Shown: positions 40,970-51,737 of the stretch, one piece after another | Position numbering within the stretch: position 1 is the stretch's first letter | Layout: each line of letters begins with the position of its first letter | NCBI GenBank assembly: GCA_000146045.2 | Contig: BK006937.2 | Coordinates: 160,001-224,000, forward strand | Source of the DNA: TPA_inf: Saccharomyces | Taxonomy: Eukaryota | Direction: 5' to 3' | Length of the DNA: 64,000 nucleotides | Program-made: the position numbers and the translations under genes | The notes under the pieces: model-generated | The model's database searches: none | Told to the model about the DNA's origin: nothing | The model's input: only the letters and a program-made list of their open reading frames with translations

Positions 40970-41243
40970 AGTGTGGTCGTGGCGGAGGTTGTTTATCTTT
41001 CGAGTACTGAATGTTGTCAGTATAGCTATCCTATTTGAAACTCCCCATCGTCTTGCTCTTGTTCCCAATGTTTGTTTATACACTCATATGGCTATACCCT
41101 TATCTACTTGCCTCTTTTGTTTATGTCTATGTATTTGTATAAAATATGATATTACTCAGACTCAAGCAAACAATCAATTCTTAGCATCATTCTTTGTTCT
41201 TATCTTAACCATAAACGATCTTGATGTGACTTTTGTAATTTGA
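40911..41243 (+). CDS. YCR041W: Dubious 110-aa ORF spanning Z1/Z2. It overlaps the alpha1 3' end and the TAF2 3' end.
   Basis: ORF in the track only. It is Cys/Leu-rich, has no domain and overlaps two real genes. Confidence 0.1.
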   Translation: MLKYVVTDIGKMCLYIWPYRVWSWRRLFIFRVLNVVSIAILFETPHRLALVPNVCLYTHMAIPLSTCLFCLCLCICIKYDITQTQANNQFLASFFVLILTINDLDVTFVI

Positions 41244-44200
41244 ACGAATTGGCTATACGGGACGGATGACAAATGCACCATTACTCTAGGTTGTTGTTGG
41301 ATCTTAACAAACCGTAAAGGTAAACTGCCCATGCGGTTCACATGACTTTTGACTTTCCTTTGTTTGCTAGTTACCTTCGGCTTCACAATTTGTTTTTCCA
41401 CTTTTCTAACAGGTTTATCACCTTTCAAACTTATCTTTATCTTATTCGCCTTCTTGGGTGCCTCCACAGTAGAGGTTACTTCCTTTTTAATATGTACTTT
41501 TAGGATACTTTCACGCTTTATAACAATATCAAGTTTACCTTCTTCATTACTATTCATCTTCGCCACAAGTCTTCTCTCCCTTGGTGTTTCCAATCTAACT
41601 ACAAAACTGTTGATTAGGGTGTACATCACCCTAACAAGATCATGTATTTGCTTCCTCTGGTACAAGCTAAGAACAGGTAAATTCAAAACATCCCAGAGTA
41701 ATATCTTCAAAGGGCTATACCCTTTAAACATATCTCGGCATATTTGTATTAACCCACTAATATTTTGACGGCCAATCTTTTCTATTTTTATTTTCATATC
41801 ATCGACGTAATGACCACTTAAAAACAACTCAATATCATCCTCACTTTTTATATTTTTAACTTCATTGTGCACAGATTGGACGGAGGACTTAATATCGTCA
41901 CTTATGGTATCCAAACTACCATCCATAACAACTAGATTTACACATTCAGAAAGCACATCAACACTTTTATCCCTAATATAAGAATCCTCATGGAAGCAAA
42001 GTATTTCAGTAAACAAAACAAGGGCATCCTTGTTTTTTAAACCACCTTCTAAAAGCATGATTTTCAAAACCATTAAAAACTCATTCTGAAAGCTTTCCCT
42101 GGAAATATCTCCGTTATTTATACCTAATGTTAATGTATGCATTATCATTCCTGTCAATTCCGTAAAGTCATAAGCACCCACTTTATGCAATTTGTACTTA
42201 GCATACATGATAGTAGTCTTAATCAAAGACTCGTATGATGAAAGCCAATTCACCAAATTTTCGTACCTCAATAACTGAGTCTTAACTTTTTCCATATATG
42301 CTTTATCTTTATACTCATTTAAAGCAACTTTAACAACATTTTCAATCAAGCTGCGGACGTACGCATCATCACTGTATTTATTTTCACCATTCTCATTATA
42401 AACAAGAATATCCAGTAAAAATTGCTTCACCAATTTTGGACATTTACCATTTTCATTTTTCACTTTAGCCAAATATTTGGGAATATTACACTGTAAGAAA
42501 TACAACTTAGGATTCTCAAAGTTATTACTCTTTGGAATATTAGAGTCTTCTAGGCAAAACAAAATCTGAAAAATCTGAATTAAATGCTTAACACCGCCAG
42601 TAAAATCCGGATCATATACGTATTTACTAAGCGCTTCGCACGCCGCGAGTCTTATGCCAAAAAAGTAACGCTCGTCGATCGCCGTTCTAAACAAAATACT
42701 TGAATAAACAAGTGATTTCACACCACCATTAACAACGACGTCCTCATAATATCGTATGGCTTCTAGTTGGGCCTCTATGTCCCCATCTTGTCTCAACTGA
42801 GAAGAAAACATGTAATCCGGCTGATTAATGTGCATTTGGCAAATCCATTCCAGATCAGAGTCTATGCGTATCCACTCAAATGCTTCGTTTTGCTTAAGCA
42901 ATTCATTACTCTCAGACGTACGATTAAATTCCGTCAAACTGAATCGGGAACACTCTTCGGGCGACATGTATACATTTCCTAGACAATTCACATCCACAAC
43001 AATAGGCTTCTCCTCATTATTGTTTTCAACACCATTTTCATCATTTGCACCACCACCTCTTTTCCTTAATCTTCTGTACTTTGTATTGTACTGAATATCT
43101 ATTTTTGTGAATGTATCTTTGATTTCCACAATATGCTCATACGGAGTACCATCGTGTTCATGGATCCTTATAGTCATCGAGCCCGTGAAGCATTCGGTTC
43201 GGTTCAAATCTGGATGTTCTAAGTGGTCTAGTGCACTTTTGAAAAATCCTTCCTCCCCTACCACTTTTTCGTGGCCAAGTTCTTCATCTTGAACTTGCCT
43301 TATACCCAGTTCTATAACCATCCTCTTCCTATTAAATCTTTGGGTGACACGTAATATGGGTACCCCAGACCCATATACCCATTCGTTGAAAAAATTCTCT
43401 AATTTACTTTTATTAACTCTTTCGCAAACATGTTGAAAATGCGATGAAGTCAACGAATTATTCGGTAAATCACCAGACATAGCTTGAAGGAAAATTTTAG
43501 GTAATACTCGAGACATACCGAAAGATCGTTCTGTTTTAGTCATCCTTCTGTCAAGTATGTGTAGTATCATCGGTGCCTTCAATTGTATAAAGGACAAATC
43601 TTTAGAAGACCAAGATATTGGCCTAGAACTGCCGGTAAAAGTGCTCCCAATAGGCGGTTTCTCGAAGTCTTGTTCCACAATCGCCTCACTATTACGCTTT
43701 AATTGATATTTATACGTGTTATTACCCATTAATTTTTTGGTTACCTGAAACACCATATAACCAGCAATACCAAGACAGCACCAGTAGTCGTTCATATCTA
43801 AAGGAGTTATATTCACACAAGACCATTGGTTAGCAAGTGCCCATGCTAACTCATTCGTAGTACTGAATGCTTTATCAATAACTTCTAGAGGGTACAATAA
43901 TCTGGTATTACAAATGCCTAATGCTGCAAAATCCATATGCTTAGAAGGTGCGGTAGGTAAAAACACCATAGAGTAACAAGTGAAAGGATAAGACCCAAAT
44001 TCTTTCGAGTAGAAATCTATAATTTTTTGGCAGACAACTGTCGAATTTATAACTGTTAACTCATCTGTTTCCTGCGTCGGAAGTGTGAAAATTTGAATGG
44101 GTATAATATCCGAACCAATGTCGTCATCCATAGTATCGTTAACATTGTCCACAACATTCTCTCTCAACTTGTCTTCCTCTACTTCGTCCTCGGCATCAAC

Positions 44201-45397
44201 ACTTGGAGGTGATATCAAAGGTAAAGACCATGAATTAAAGGCGCCTATAGCCCAACCAATGTGATGTGGAGCCACAGGATTAATTATCTGAAATATGCAT
44301 TTTTTTTTCGTCAAATCAATCGGGTGCGGAAGTTCTTTAATATTTGAATATTCTGAACAACACACAATCACATCCCTCAAACTCGGATTGTTGCTTTCCT
44401 CAATATTCCGCCTTTCCTCTTCCCCTTCCTCTTCCTCTTCGTCACTTTCGCCTTCCTCTTCTTCTTCATCATTATCTTGTGCATCTTTGCTTTTACTATT
44501 TTTGCCTTCTTCGTCATTTTTCAAGTTAGAATCCTTATCTTCGTCTTTGATAACTCTTGCCGGCTTCCCCTCTTCCTCTTCATCGTGCTCAGGCGTATCC
44601 TCCTTCTCTTTTTCACTCTCTTCTCCATTTTGTCCGATTAATTTCGAAGTACCTATATTTTTAACCAATCTCGGTACGCTGAATTCTAACTCCCATGTAG
44701 ATTTTTCATCAAGCAAATCGACACATGGGACCCAATATGATGCAGAACTGCAAATCTCACCATTTGAAGTGTAAACGTTCCATAACCAGGGCTTGTCAGC
44801 ATACACAGTATCGAATTTAATACCCGACTTTGGGTTTCTGATTTCATATTCAATTTGTAATGTAATTGGAGTGAAAACAGATTCTTGAAACCCAGGGGTA
44901 GTCTTAATTGAAGGAGTAATCGGAGTGTAATTACTTAATGCATTGGCGTCCTCCAAAGATATTTTGATGGAAGATGGTATTTTTATAGTTAACTGGGATT
45001 TAGAGTCCGTTTCTGGGTATTCATTCAAGCTAGCAAACTTAGATCTCAAAAAATGTGACTGTTCAATGGAATTGTCGCTGTATAATACATTTTGTGAAGT
45101 CAATCCATTCAAATTTGTTTGAAGTGGGTCGTCATGAATAAATTGATCACATCGACGATTTTCGACCAGAACATCTTTAATAGTCATTTCCTTGCAATCA
45201 AAAGTTACATATTCTAGGTTTTGGATCAACGGAATGATTATTATAGTAGCGCTACCGGTAATGCAGTGAGTAGCTAGATCTATATCCAACGAGATTTTTT
45301 CATGGGCAACTCTAAAATTTCTAAACTTCATCTCATGCAAAGTGCTAGATTCACTAACAATGGCTCTAGGAGTGGCGTTTTTGGAAAAGGACATCAT
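41174..45397 (-). CDS. TAF2: TFIID subunit TAF2 (M1-aminopeptidase-like fold), 1407 aa
   Basis: The ORF extends to 45406 (MDFMMSF...). The start is placed at the 4th codon (MMSFSKNATPRAIV) to give 1407 aa. There is a long acidic Glu/Asp/Ser-rich insert (KDAQDNDEEEEEGESDEEEEEGEEERR). Matches YCR042C. Confidence 0.9.
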   Translation of the reverse strand: MMSFSKNATPRAIVSESSTLHEMKFRNFRVAHEKISLDIDLATHCITGSATIIIIPLIQNLEYVTFDCKEMTIKDVLVENRRCDQFIHDDPLQTNLNGLTSQNVLYSDNSIEQSHFLRSKFASLNEYPETDSKSQLTIKIPSSIKISLEDANALSNYTPITPSIKTTPGFQESVFTPITLQIEYEIRNPKSGIKFDTVYADKPWLWNVYTSNGEICSSASYWVPCVDLLDEKSTWELEFSVPRLVKNIGTSKLIGQNGEESEKEKEDTPEHDEEEEGKPARVIKDEDKDSNLKNDEEGKNSKSKDAQDNDEEEEEGESDEEEEEGEEERRNIEESNNPSLRDVIVCCSEYSNIKELPHPIDLTKKKCIFQIINPVAPHHIGWAIGAFNSWSLPLISPPSVDAEDEVEEDKLRENVVDNVNDTMDDDIGSDIIPIQIFTLPTQETDELTVINSTVVCQKIIDFYSKEFGSYPFTCYSMVFLPTAPSKHMDFAALGICNTRLLYPLEVIDKAFSTTNELAWALANQWSCVNITPLDMNDYWCCLGIAGYMVFQVTKKLMGNNTYKYQLKRNSEAIVEQDFEKPPIGSTFTGSSRPISWSSKDLSFIQLKAPMILHILDRRMTKTERSFGMSRVLPKIFLQAMSGDLPNNSLTSSHFQHVCERVNKSKLENFFNEWVYGSGVPILRVTQRFNRKRMVIELGIRQVQDEELGHEKVVGEEGFFKSALDHLEHPDLNRTECFTGSMTIRIHEHDGTPYEHIVEIKDTFTKIDIQYNTKYRRLRKRGGGANDENGVENNNEEKPIVVDVNCLGNVYMSPEECSRFSLTEFNRTSESNELLKQNEAFEWIRIDSDLEWICQMHINQPDYMFSSQLRQDGDIEAQLEAIRYYEDVVVNGGVKSLVYSSILFRTAIDERYFFGIRLAACEALSKYVYDPDFTGGVKHLIQIFQILFCLEDSNIPKSNNFENPKLYFLQCNIPKYLAKVKNENGKCPKLVKQFLLDILVYNENGENKYSDDAYVRSLIENVVKVALNEYKDKAYMEKVKTQLLRYENLVNWLSSYESLIKTTIMYAKYKLHKVGAYDFTELTGMIMHTLTLGINNGDISRESFQNEFLMVLKIMLLEGGLKNKDALVLFTEILCFHEDSYIRDKSVDVLSECVNLVVMDGSLDTISDDIKSSVQSVHNEVKNIKSEDDIELFLSGHYVDDMKIKIEKIGRQNISGLIQICRDMFKGYSPLKILLWDVLNLPVLSLYQRKQIHDLVRVMYTLINSFVVRLETPRERRLVAKMNSNEEGKLDIVIKRESILKVHIKKEVTSTVEAPKKANKIKISLKGDKPVRKVEKQIVKPKVTSKQRKVKSHVNRMGSLPLRFVKIQQQPRVMVHLSSVPYSQFVQITKVTSRSFMVKIRTKNDAKN

Positions 45398-46260
45398 GAA
45401 GTCCACCTATTTATCCTGTTGTCACCTCTTCACTGTCCAAAACTTCATCAAAAAATACTTTTACATCCGTTCCATTTTACTATAGTTTTCATCTTACGCA
45501 ATTTACCAATTGCCCCATTCGGCAAAAGTATTTAAGTGTTACCCGGTTACTTAAGGTAATACCAAAAATATTCACTATATTGAAAGTTCTATGTATTTTA
45601 TTGAATTAAATAAGACTGATTTTGTAGCACGATATCCGCAAGAATGATTCACAACCATTTTAGATGTCTGCAGCTTTTTTTTTTTTGATTTTTTTACTAA
45701 TTTTAGTGCGATTTTAGAATAACTCTTGGATTAAATAAATAAAAAAAATACAATTATCACTCAGATTTTGAAGCAATCTGATAAAAATTGCAGCATATTA
45801 TTATAACAATTCTAGTTCACTACAAACAGCACATTATCAAGAAACTTATGTTTGATGGACAGTTTCTTCAAATAATTGAATGCAGTAAAAAATAAAAAAA
45901 ATAACCATGGAATATGTTTCTAAGAATTCGCAATCCTTGTTTATATAACTATAGCTTTTTTTATGTTATAAGAAAACATTTATTCCTTTAACCAAAAGGA
46001 AAAAGGTAACAACCCCACTTACCCCTCTGTCAATAGTTAATCATTTTATTATTTTCAACTTTAAACATCCAAAAAAAATAAAATAAATTAAATTAAAATC
46101 AAATAGAAAATGCATTATTACTATAATAATATCTCTATGTAGACATATACATATTATTTCATTGCTTTTTGTAATAAACGAGGAAAATGGTGGGATAAAA
46201 AAATGCATTGTTATTCCTTCGAAACCAGCAGTAATAAGTCGTCCTGAGAACGATGTAGAT

Positions 46261-46644
46261 TTAGATCTTTACATGTTGGTACTCTAAATCACCTCCTTCC
46301 ATCTTAAAGTCGTCCTTCTTCTTGCTCCAATCAAACTTGCTTTTCTTGCTGCTGGGACACCAATTTAAACTTATTAACCAGATAGTAAACAAAATCATGA
46401 AACAACAGAAATAACACCAAAAATGATCGTAAACGTGACCCCTTATGATATCACACACTGAATAATCATACACTTCATCGTCTATAACCAGTCCATAATT
46501 GAAATAACCGAGTCCGTATTTCAATACAGGTTTATATCCACCTTCATCGGTAAACGTACTTGGACTCAAAACTGTGCTTAGATCATTAGTTCCTTGGAAT
46601 GCATGTTCTCTCAATAAGGAAGCATCAAGTGGAGCTGGGATCAT
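46261..46644 (-). CDS. YCR043C: Small membrane protein of unknown function (Golgi-localised in yeast annotation), 127 aa
   Basis: 127-aa ORF with one strong TM segment (CYFCCFMILFTIWLISL). No other domain is recognisable. Confidence 0.7.
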   Translation of the reverse strand: MIPAPLDASLLREHAFQGTNDLSTVLSPSTFTDEGGYKPVLKYGLGYFNYGLVIDDEVYDYSVCDIIRGHVYDHFWCYFCCFMILFTIWLISLNWCPSSKKSKFDWSKKKDDFKMEGGDLEYQHVKI

Positions 46645-46876
46645 CCTTTGCCAAAGTACGTTAAGAGCGCTTTCACTGCCTACTGTTGCCCCAAAAATTT
46701 CTTGGCCTTATCTTGGCACAAATATTCTTTTGCATTTAGTTCTATACATACAGAAAGAGCGAAAAAAAAGTGAAAAATAAACAGAATGTGATAACGGTAA
46801 AAGAAAATCAAAAATAAACAAAAAAAAATACATATATAACTATTATTCATGATAGTAAACAGGTGAATTAAGATAT

Positions 46877-47950
46877 TTAGTACAATTGTCTATTACCCCA
46901 ATAGGCATAATCCTCGAGGAAAAAGTCGTACAATACCCACGAGGGCCATATTGTGCACAGATGCCATAGCGCATGGGCATCAATCTGCCATTCGTAACTA
47001 AAAAAGTCAAACAGTTCCAATGACATGGCCATTGTGGTTACAATCACAAGAAGAATTGGAATGACACACAGTTTGAAGATTTGCCGCTTGAAGCTGGAGT
47101 ACGCGGTTTTCTTGAATTCGCCCATTAGCTTTTGCTTTTGCAGAGCATGGTAGTTTTGGCATGATAACATTATCAATAAAATATACTGTAAAACACCGAA
47201 AAAAATGTTGAATCTCATGTTGTATGTGTACGACCAGTCAACATAGAGTCTCAAGATGTGCAGGGCAAAGATTGCCGCAACTGACGCAGTGAACGCTTGT
47301 GCTATCTTGGGGTACAGGAACATGGAAGTCATTCTTGCAAATATTGCATGAAACCCTGTTAGGACAGTTAAACCTGCGAAAAAGTAATCTAGCTTCTCCG
47401 TTATGATCAAATCACGACAGTGAAAGACCGAGCTTGCTGTCCAAGCCAACATTCCCGCCACAGTAACGTAAAGGTAGTTCCAAATCAGTATACTTCTGCT
47501 GTTTTTTCTCCTCCTATCTCCCTCTTCGCGTATGATTCTAGAAAACTTTACAAATCCCTTATAATGTGGAATAAAGTTACCTATACTGAATATCGTCGAG
47601 AAGAATTCCTGAGTCCCCAATACTCTCAAAAATGGCCATTTCCCATGGAATTGGTATATTTCTTCCTCTTCGTCAATTCTCCAGCGCGTAATGATGTGCT
47701 GACATTGGTAATCACAATCTGAGATACAATCCCAGAACAATAACTTAGAGTACAAAGGCGGGGTATCGAAAAACTCAATATCATGAAACATGTTGGTTTC
47801 AGGGTCAATGTAGTTTATTTGGGAATTCGGACATCTTCTGTTATACTCGCACGCATACGTACAGTCTATAAACTCATCTAAATTATCTCCTGGAGAGCAT
47901 GTCACTAGGAAACAGTGAACAAGTAGGGTCACAACCACAGCTAACCTCAT
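46877..47950 (-). CDS. PER1: ER protein required for GPI-anchor lipid remodelling (PER1/PGAP3 family), 357 aa
   Basis: The ORF extends to 47962 (MARNMRLAVVV...). The start is placed at MRLAVVVTLLVHCF (signal peptide) to give 357 aa. The protein is multi-TM with Per1-family histidines. Matches YCR044C. Confidence 0.87.
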   Translation of the reverse strand: MRLAVVVTLLVHCFLVTCSPGDNLDEFIDCTYACEYNRRCPNSQINYIDPETNMFHDIEFFDTPPLYSKLLFWDCISDCDYQCQHIITRWRIDEEEEIYQFHGKWPFLRVLGTQEFFSTIFSIGNFIPHYKGFVKFSRIIREEGDRRRKNSRSILIWNYLYVTVAGMLAWTASSVFHCRDLIITEKLDYFFAGLTVLTGFHAIFARMTSMFLYPKIAQAFTASVAAIFALHILRLYVDWSYTYNMRFNIFFGVLQYILLIMLSCQNYHALQKQKLMGEFKKTAYSSFKRQIFKLCVIPILLVIVTTMAMSLELFDFFSYEWQIDAHALWHLCTIWPSWVLYDFFLEDYAYWGNRQLY

Positions 47951-48134
47951 ATTTCTTGCCACACTTCTGTTTCTTTTCTCCCGAAGGGTATGGTTTCACA
48001 CCTTAGGTTGCTCTTTTATTCGCTTTATGAAAAATGAAAAATGAAAAGTACAAGAATACGCAAGAGAAGAGCGAAAAAACTAATGTTGACATGACATTAT
48101 GCAATAATTTATTTATGAGAGAAAGAGAAAAACA

Positions 48135-49610
48135 CTACAAATTTTTCATAAAATCACGCCTCTTCAATCGAATCTCACCAAGAGGTAGTGTGACATCGTT
48201 ATTCCAACCCCACAGTTTTGAACCAGATTGAAGATTCTCAGACATAGGAGTTTGTAAAGTGGCATTGTACTCCTCCAGTTCCTTAGCAATTGCCTCTATG
48301 TTCAATCGAGGGAACGTTTCGTCGTCATATGGATCGTCCAGTTTATCGACGCCGTTGTAAAGAATCTGGTTTGGCGTAGAAGGCTTGAAAAACAACGTTC
48401 TTCTATGGAAAACATTACGCGTGGACAAATACTCAATCTCCTGTGCTATCATTTCAGGCTCAATTCCCTTCGAGAGTAGGATCGCTGCAACTCCGGTGAC
48501 AATGGGCGTCGACATAGATGTACCTGACAAAATTAAAGTGTCGTTGTAGTTCAGATGAGATAGCGACTCAATTTCCACGCCTGGGGCAAAGATGTTTACA
48601 CAGGGCCCCCAATTGCTGAACTTGGCAATCGTGTCAATGTGGTCATCAAAGGCCCCTACGGTGATAACGTTTTCTGCAGACGCAGGTGAGGCCCAGTAGG
48701 CGTCTAAATTGAAGTTCCCCGCCGCGGCAACAAATACAATACCTTCTTCAATGGCCCCCTCCACTGCCATGTTGATTATGGGGCTCCTGAAACTCCCTAG
48801 ACTTAGATTGGCCACGCATTTTTTACCCTGTGGGCGACTGACCTTTGTGCAATGTTCCACGATGAACTCCAGACCACTAAGAACGTTACTGGCCTCGCCA
48901 GACCCGTCTTTGCCCAAGACTTTGACCTCCACAAGATTGACCCTCTTTGCCGCTCCATACGTTTTGGAACCTACGAGTCCCGCCACGTGCGTTCCGTGGC
49001 CATTCTGGTCGCCAAACCCTTCTTTGGTCAAGTCAATCCCCTGGATGACTCTGTCTTCGAATTCCGGATGGTCCGCGAAGATACCCGTATCCATGATATA
49101 GGCGTTGACGTCTTGACCTTGATAGTCGTGTTCATAGTAGTAATTGAACCAGCTTTTGTAGCGGTCCTTGTCCCCAACGTCGAATGGGAGTTGGTAGTGG
49201 CGGGAAATCCGGGCCAAGTGACGGGGTGCGTCTGGTTGATACGTTATATTTTGCTCTTCCTCGACGTCTTCGTACGAGTATTTGGCGGTAGCGTTAAACG
49301 TATAACTCGACTCGGCGCTATTTACACTGTCGCCTTCAAAAGCTTCGAACCTGAAGTTGGGCACAATATCAGCCACCAGTGGGCTTTTCTTCAGCTTGTT
49401 CACTAAGTTCTTGGACAGGTTCATGGTCACGCCGCGGAAGGATCCGATGGAGAATTTCTTCTCAATTTTGTTGTCGATGAACTGTCTCCATGACCTGTTG
49501 GAATTCGAAGTGAATTGTTGGAATGCTGTGGGATTTTTGAACCTCACCAAATACTCCTCTGCGTATGCGAGGTTGACCAGCAAAGAGATGAGTATGCACT
49601 GTGGCTTCAT
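48135..49610 (-). CDS. RRT12: Subtilisin-like serine protease (subtilase S8), 491 aa. It is the spore-wall-associated protease in yeast.
   Basis: Signal peptide plus the catalytic triad (DTGI, HGTHVAG, GTSMSTP). Matches YCR045C (OSW3). Confidence 0.9.
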   Translation of the reverse strand: MKPQCILISLLVNLAYAEEYLVRFKNPTAFQQFTSNSNRSWRQFIDNKIEKKFSIGSFRGVTMNLSKNLVNKLKKSPLVADIVPNFRFEAFEGDSVNSAESSYTFNATAKYSYEDVEEEQNITYQPDAPRHLARISRHYQLPFDVGDKDRYKSWFNYYYEHDYQGQDVNAYIMDTGIFADHPEFEDRVIQGIDLTKEGFGDQNGHGTHVAGLVGSKTYGAAKRVNLVEVKVLGKDGSGEASNVLSGLEFIVEHCTKVSRPQGKKCVANLSLGSFRSPIINMAVEGAIEEGIVFVAAAGNFNLDAYWASPASAENVITVGAFDDHIDTIAKFSNWGPCVNIFAPGVEIESLSHLNYNDTLILSGTSMSTPIVTGVAAILLSKGIEPEMIAQEIEYLSTRNVFHRRTLFFKPSTPNQILYNGVDKLDDPYDDETFPRLNIEAIAKELEEYNATLQTPMSENLQSGSKLWGWNNDVTLPLGEIRLKRRDFMKNL

Positions 49611-49913
49611 GACCAGTGTTTTTTTGCTGTTTTTCTTGGCGGATGTTAGAGGATGTCTAGCACTTGAGTATACCTCTATATGCTGTGTAAAATAGAAAAT
49701 AAAAAAGCCAATGAGAACAATATTTTGTGTCGTTTTTTTTATTTTCGCTTCAATTCTCTATACACGTACGTCATCACTACGGGAAACCAAAAAAAAAAAA
49801 AAGAAAACAGTACAAAAAGGTTTACTTTACCCATAGTTAGTATACGTAGATTTTATACACGCACTATTTTTCTTATATACAGGAGATGGGTGGCCACAGA
49901 ACCCGCGCCTAGC

Positions 49914-50444
<531 letters not shown>

Positions 50445-50600
50445 TCAGCAGCTGCTCAGAGGGAAGACTCGATTCTTCTTCTTCTTCTTTACTGGGAGTT
50501 CCAAAGCACCAAAATTGAAAACCAAGAAAAAAAGGAAAATACATCACTACATAAAAGTGCGCGGAGCCATTGACCACTCACATACAGATATAAGTGTATA

Positions 50601-50628
50601 TATACAAGTATACATATACAAGTATACA
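50601..50628. repeat. Perfect 14-bp tandem duplication (TATACAAGTATACA x2) in the IMG1 upstream and BUD23 downstream intergenic region
   Basis: Direct comparison of positions i and i+14 shows identity across 50601-50629. It is embedded in a TA/CA-rich stretch. Confidence 0.85.
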
Positions 50629-50717
50629 TGTAGAAGGAGACAGAGACAGAGGGAAATGTATAAGTGTGTATTTTTATAGTATACAAAAGAATATGCGTGT
50701 GAGGATGTGTGTTTCTT

Positions 50718-51545
50718 CTAGAACCTGTGTCTTCTTTTCCTCCCGGTGAACTTGGAGTCCTTCGCAACTTTCCTCCCACGTCTTTTCATGAGCTCCTTCT
50801 TTCTTAGAATGAAACTCTTGGCAGACTCCTTGTCTTTGCCTCCCTTCAAGCGCTGGCGCAGTTGTTTCTTCAAGTTGACGTTCTCCTCGTCCATGGTCAC
50901 ACCGTCCAAATTCACCTGCTCCTCCCCCTGCGGTGGGGCCCCACTGCTCAACACAAGGTAGTACTTCTTATTCTTTTTAGACTCTGGGTCGTCCACCACA
51001 AGCCCGCCACTGAACCCTGCCACCTTGGCAGACTGCAGTATGTCGTCCACCTGGTCGTCGTTTTTCGGGTAGAACTGGGCCACAAATTTCCCTCCCTTCT
51101 TCAGTGCAGCATACAATGTGTTGAAAAACCTCATCAACCGCTGTTTAGGATCGTTGTATGAAGTGTCCGCATTGCACAGCCATTGGATCGCACTGATACT
51201 AATAGCCGCGTCAAACGAGCCCGCCCGGAACGGTATCCCGGTGCCCATATCCTGCAACATCAAGTCGCCCTCCAGCTCTCTACTAAGACCGGTCGCAAGC
51301 ATGCTGGGCGATATATCCAAACCACACCACACATGGTCTCCCTCCTGCGTCAAAATCTCCCCAGACAGTCCGGACCCGCACCCGATATCCAGAATGAAAC
51401 TGCACGGCTGCAGATTCAAAAGCTCCAACGCCCTCAGCGTCATCTTCGCCTGGATATGCTGCACTCTGGTCGAACCCGTGTACTTGTGTGCTTCGCTATC
51501 ATTATAGAAAATCTCCGGTGGTGCCAACTCCTCAGGACGTGACAT
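50718..51545 (-). CDS. BUD23: SAM-dependent 18S rRNA (guanine-N7) methyltransferase, 275 aa
   Basis: Class I methyltransferase motif I (LDIGCGSGLSG) and a basic K/R-rich C-terminus. Matches YCR047C. Confidence 0.92.
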   Translation of the reverse strand: MSRPEELAPPEIFYNDSEAHKYTGSTRVQHIQAKMTLRALELLNLQPCSFILDIGCGSGLSGEILTQEGDHVWCGLDISPSMLATGLSRELEGDLMLQDMGTGIPFRAGSFDAAISISAIQWLCNADTSYNDPKQRLMRFFNTLYAALKKGGKFVAQFYPKNDDQVDDILQSAKVAGFSGGLVVDDPESKKNKKYYLVLSSGAPPQGEEQVNLDGVTMDEENVNLKKQLRQRLKGGKDKESAKSFILRKKELMKRRGRKVAKDSKFTGRKRRHRF

Positions 51546-51722
51546 TATTTCTTCTCTGATATATTTCCTGTGTTTCCGTACCGCACCTTTTTAGCACTAC
51601 TTTTTTACTATGCTCTTCTTCTTCTGCTTCTTCTGCTTTTTTCCTCTTTATCACACTATGTATGTGCTGCTCATCTCTTCTTTTTATCGATAAAATTGAA
51701 AAATGTGAGATGGTGTAGAGTG

Positions 51723-51737
51723 AAAAAAAAAAAAAAA
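51723..51737. promoter_or_regulatory. 15-nt poly(dA:dT) tract in the BUD23/ARE1 divergent promoter. A nucleosome-excluding element.
   Basis: A run of 15 A in the 383-bp intergenic region between divergently transcribed YCR047C and YCR048W. Confidence 0.7.

Larger units (their letters stand above)
38671..41177. other. MAT: MAT mating-type locus in the MATalpha configuration. Approximate blocks are W at about 38671-39395, X at about 39396-40100, Yalpha at about 40101-40850, Z1 at about 40851-41089 and Z2 at about 41090-41177.
   Basis: Divergent MATalpha2 and MATalpha1 genes with exact protein matches, and an HO recognition sequence at the Y/Z1 junction. The Y/Z1 junction is anchored by the HO site at about 40850. 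The other boundaries are inferred from canonical block lengths (W 723, X 704, Yalpha 747, Z1 239, Z2 88 bp). They are not measured here, because HML and HMR are not in the window for comparison. Confidence 0.8.

Noticed and set aside
44295-44774. 159-aa Ser/Leu-rich plus-strand ORF
   Set aside because: It is the mirror image of the poly-Glu/Asp codons of TAF2 (the acidic insert) and is not a gene.
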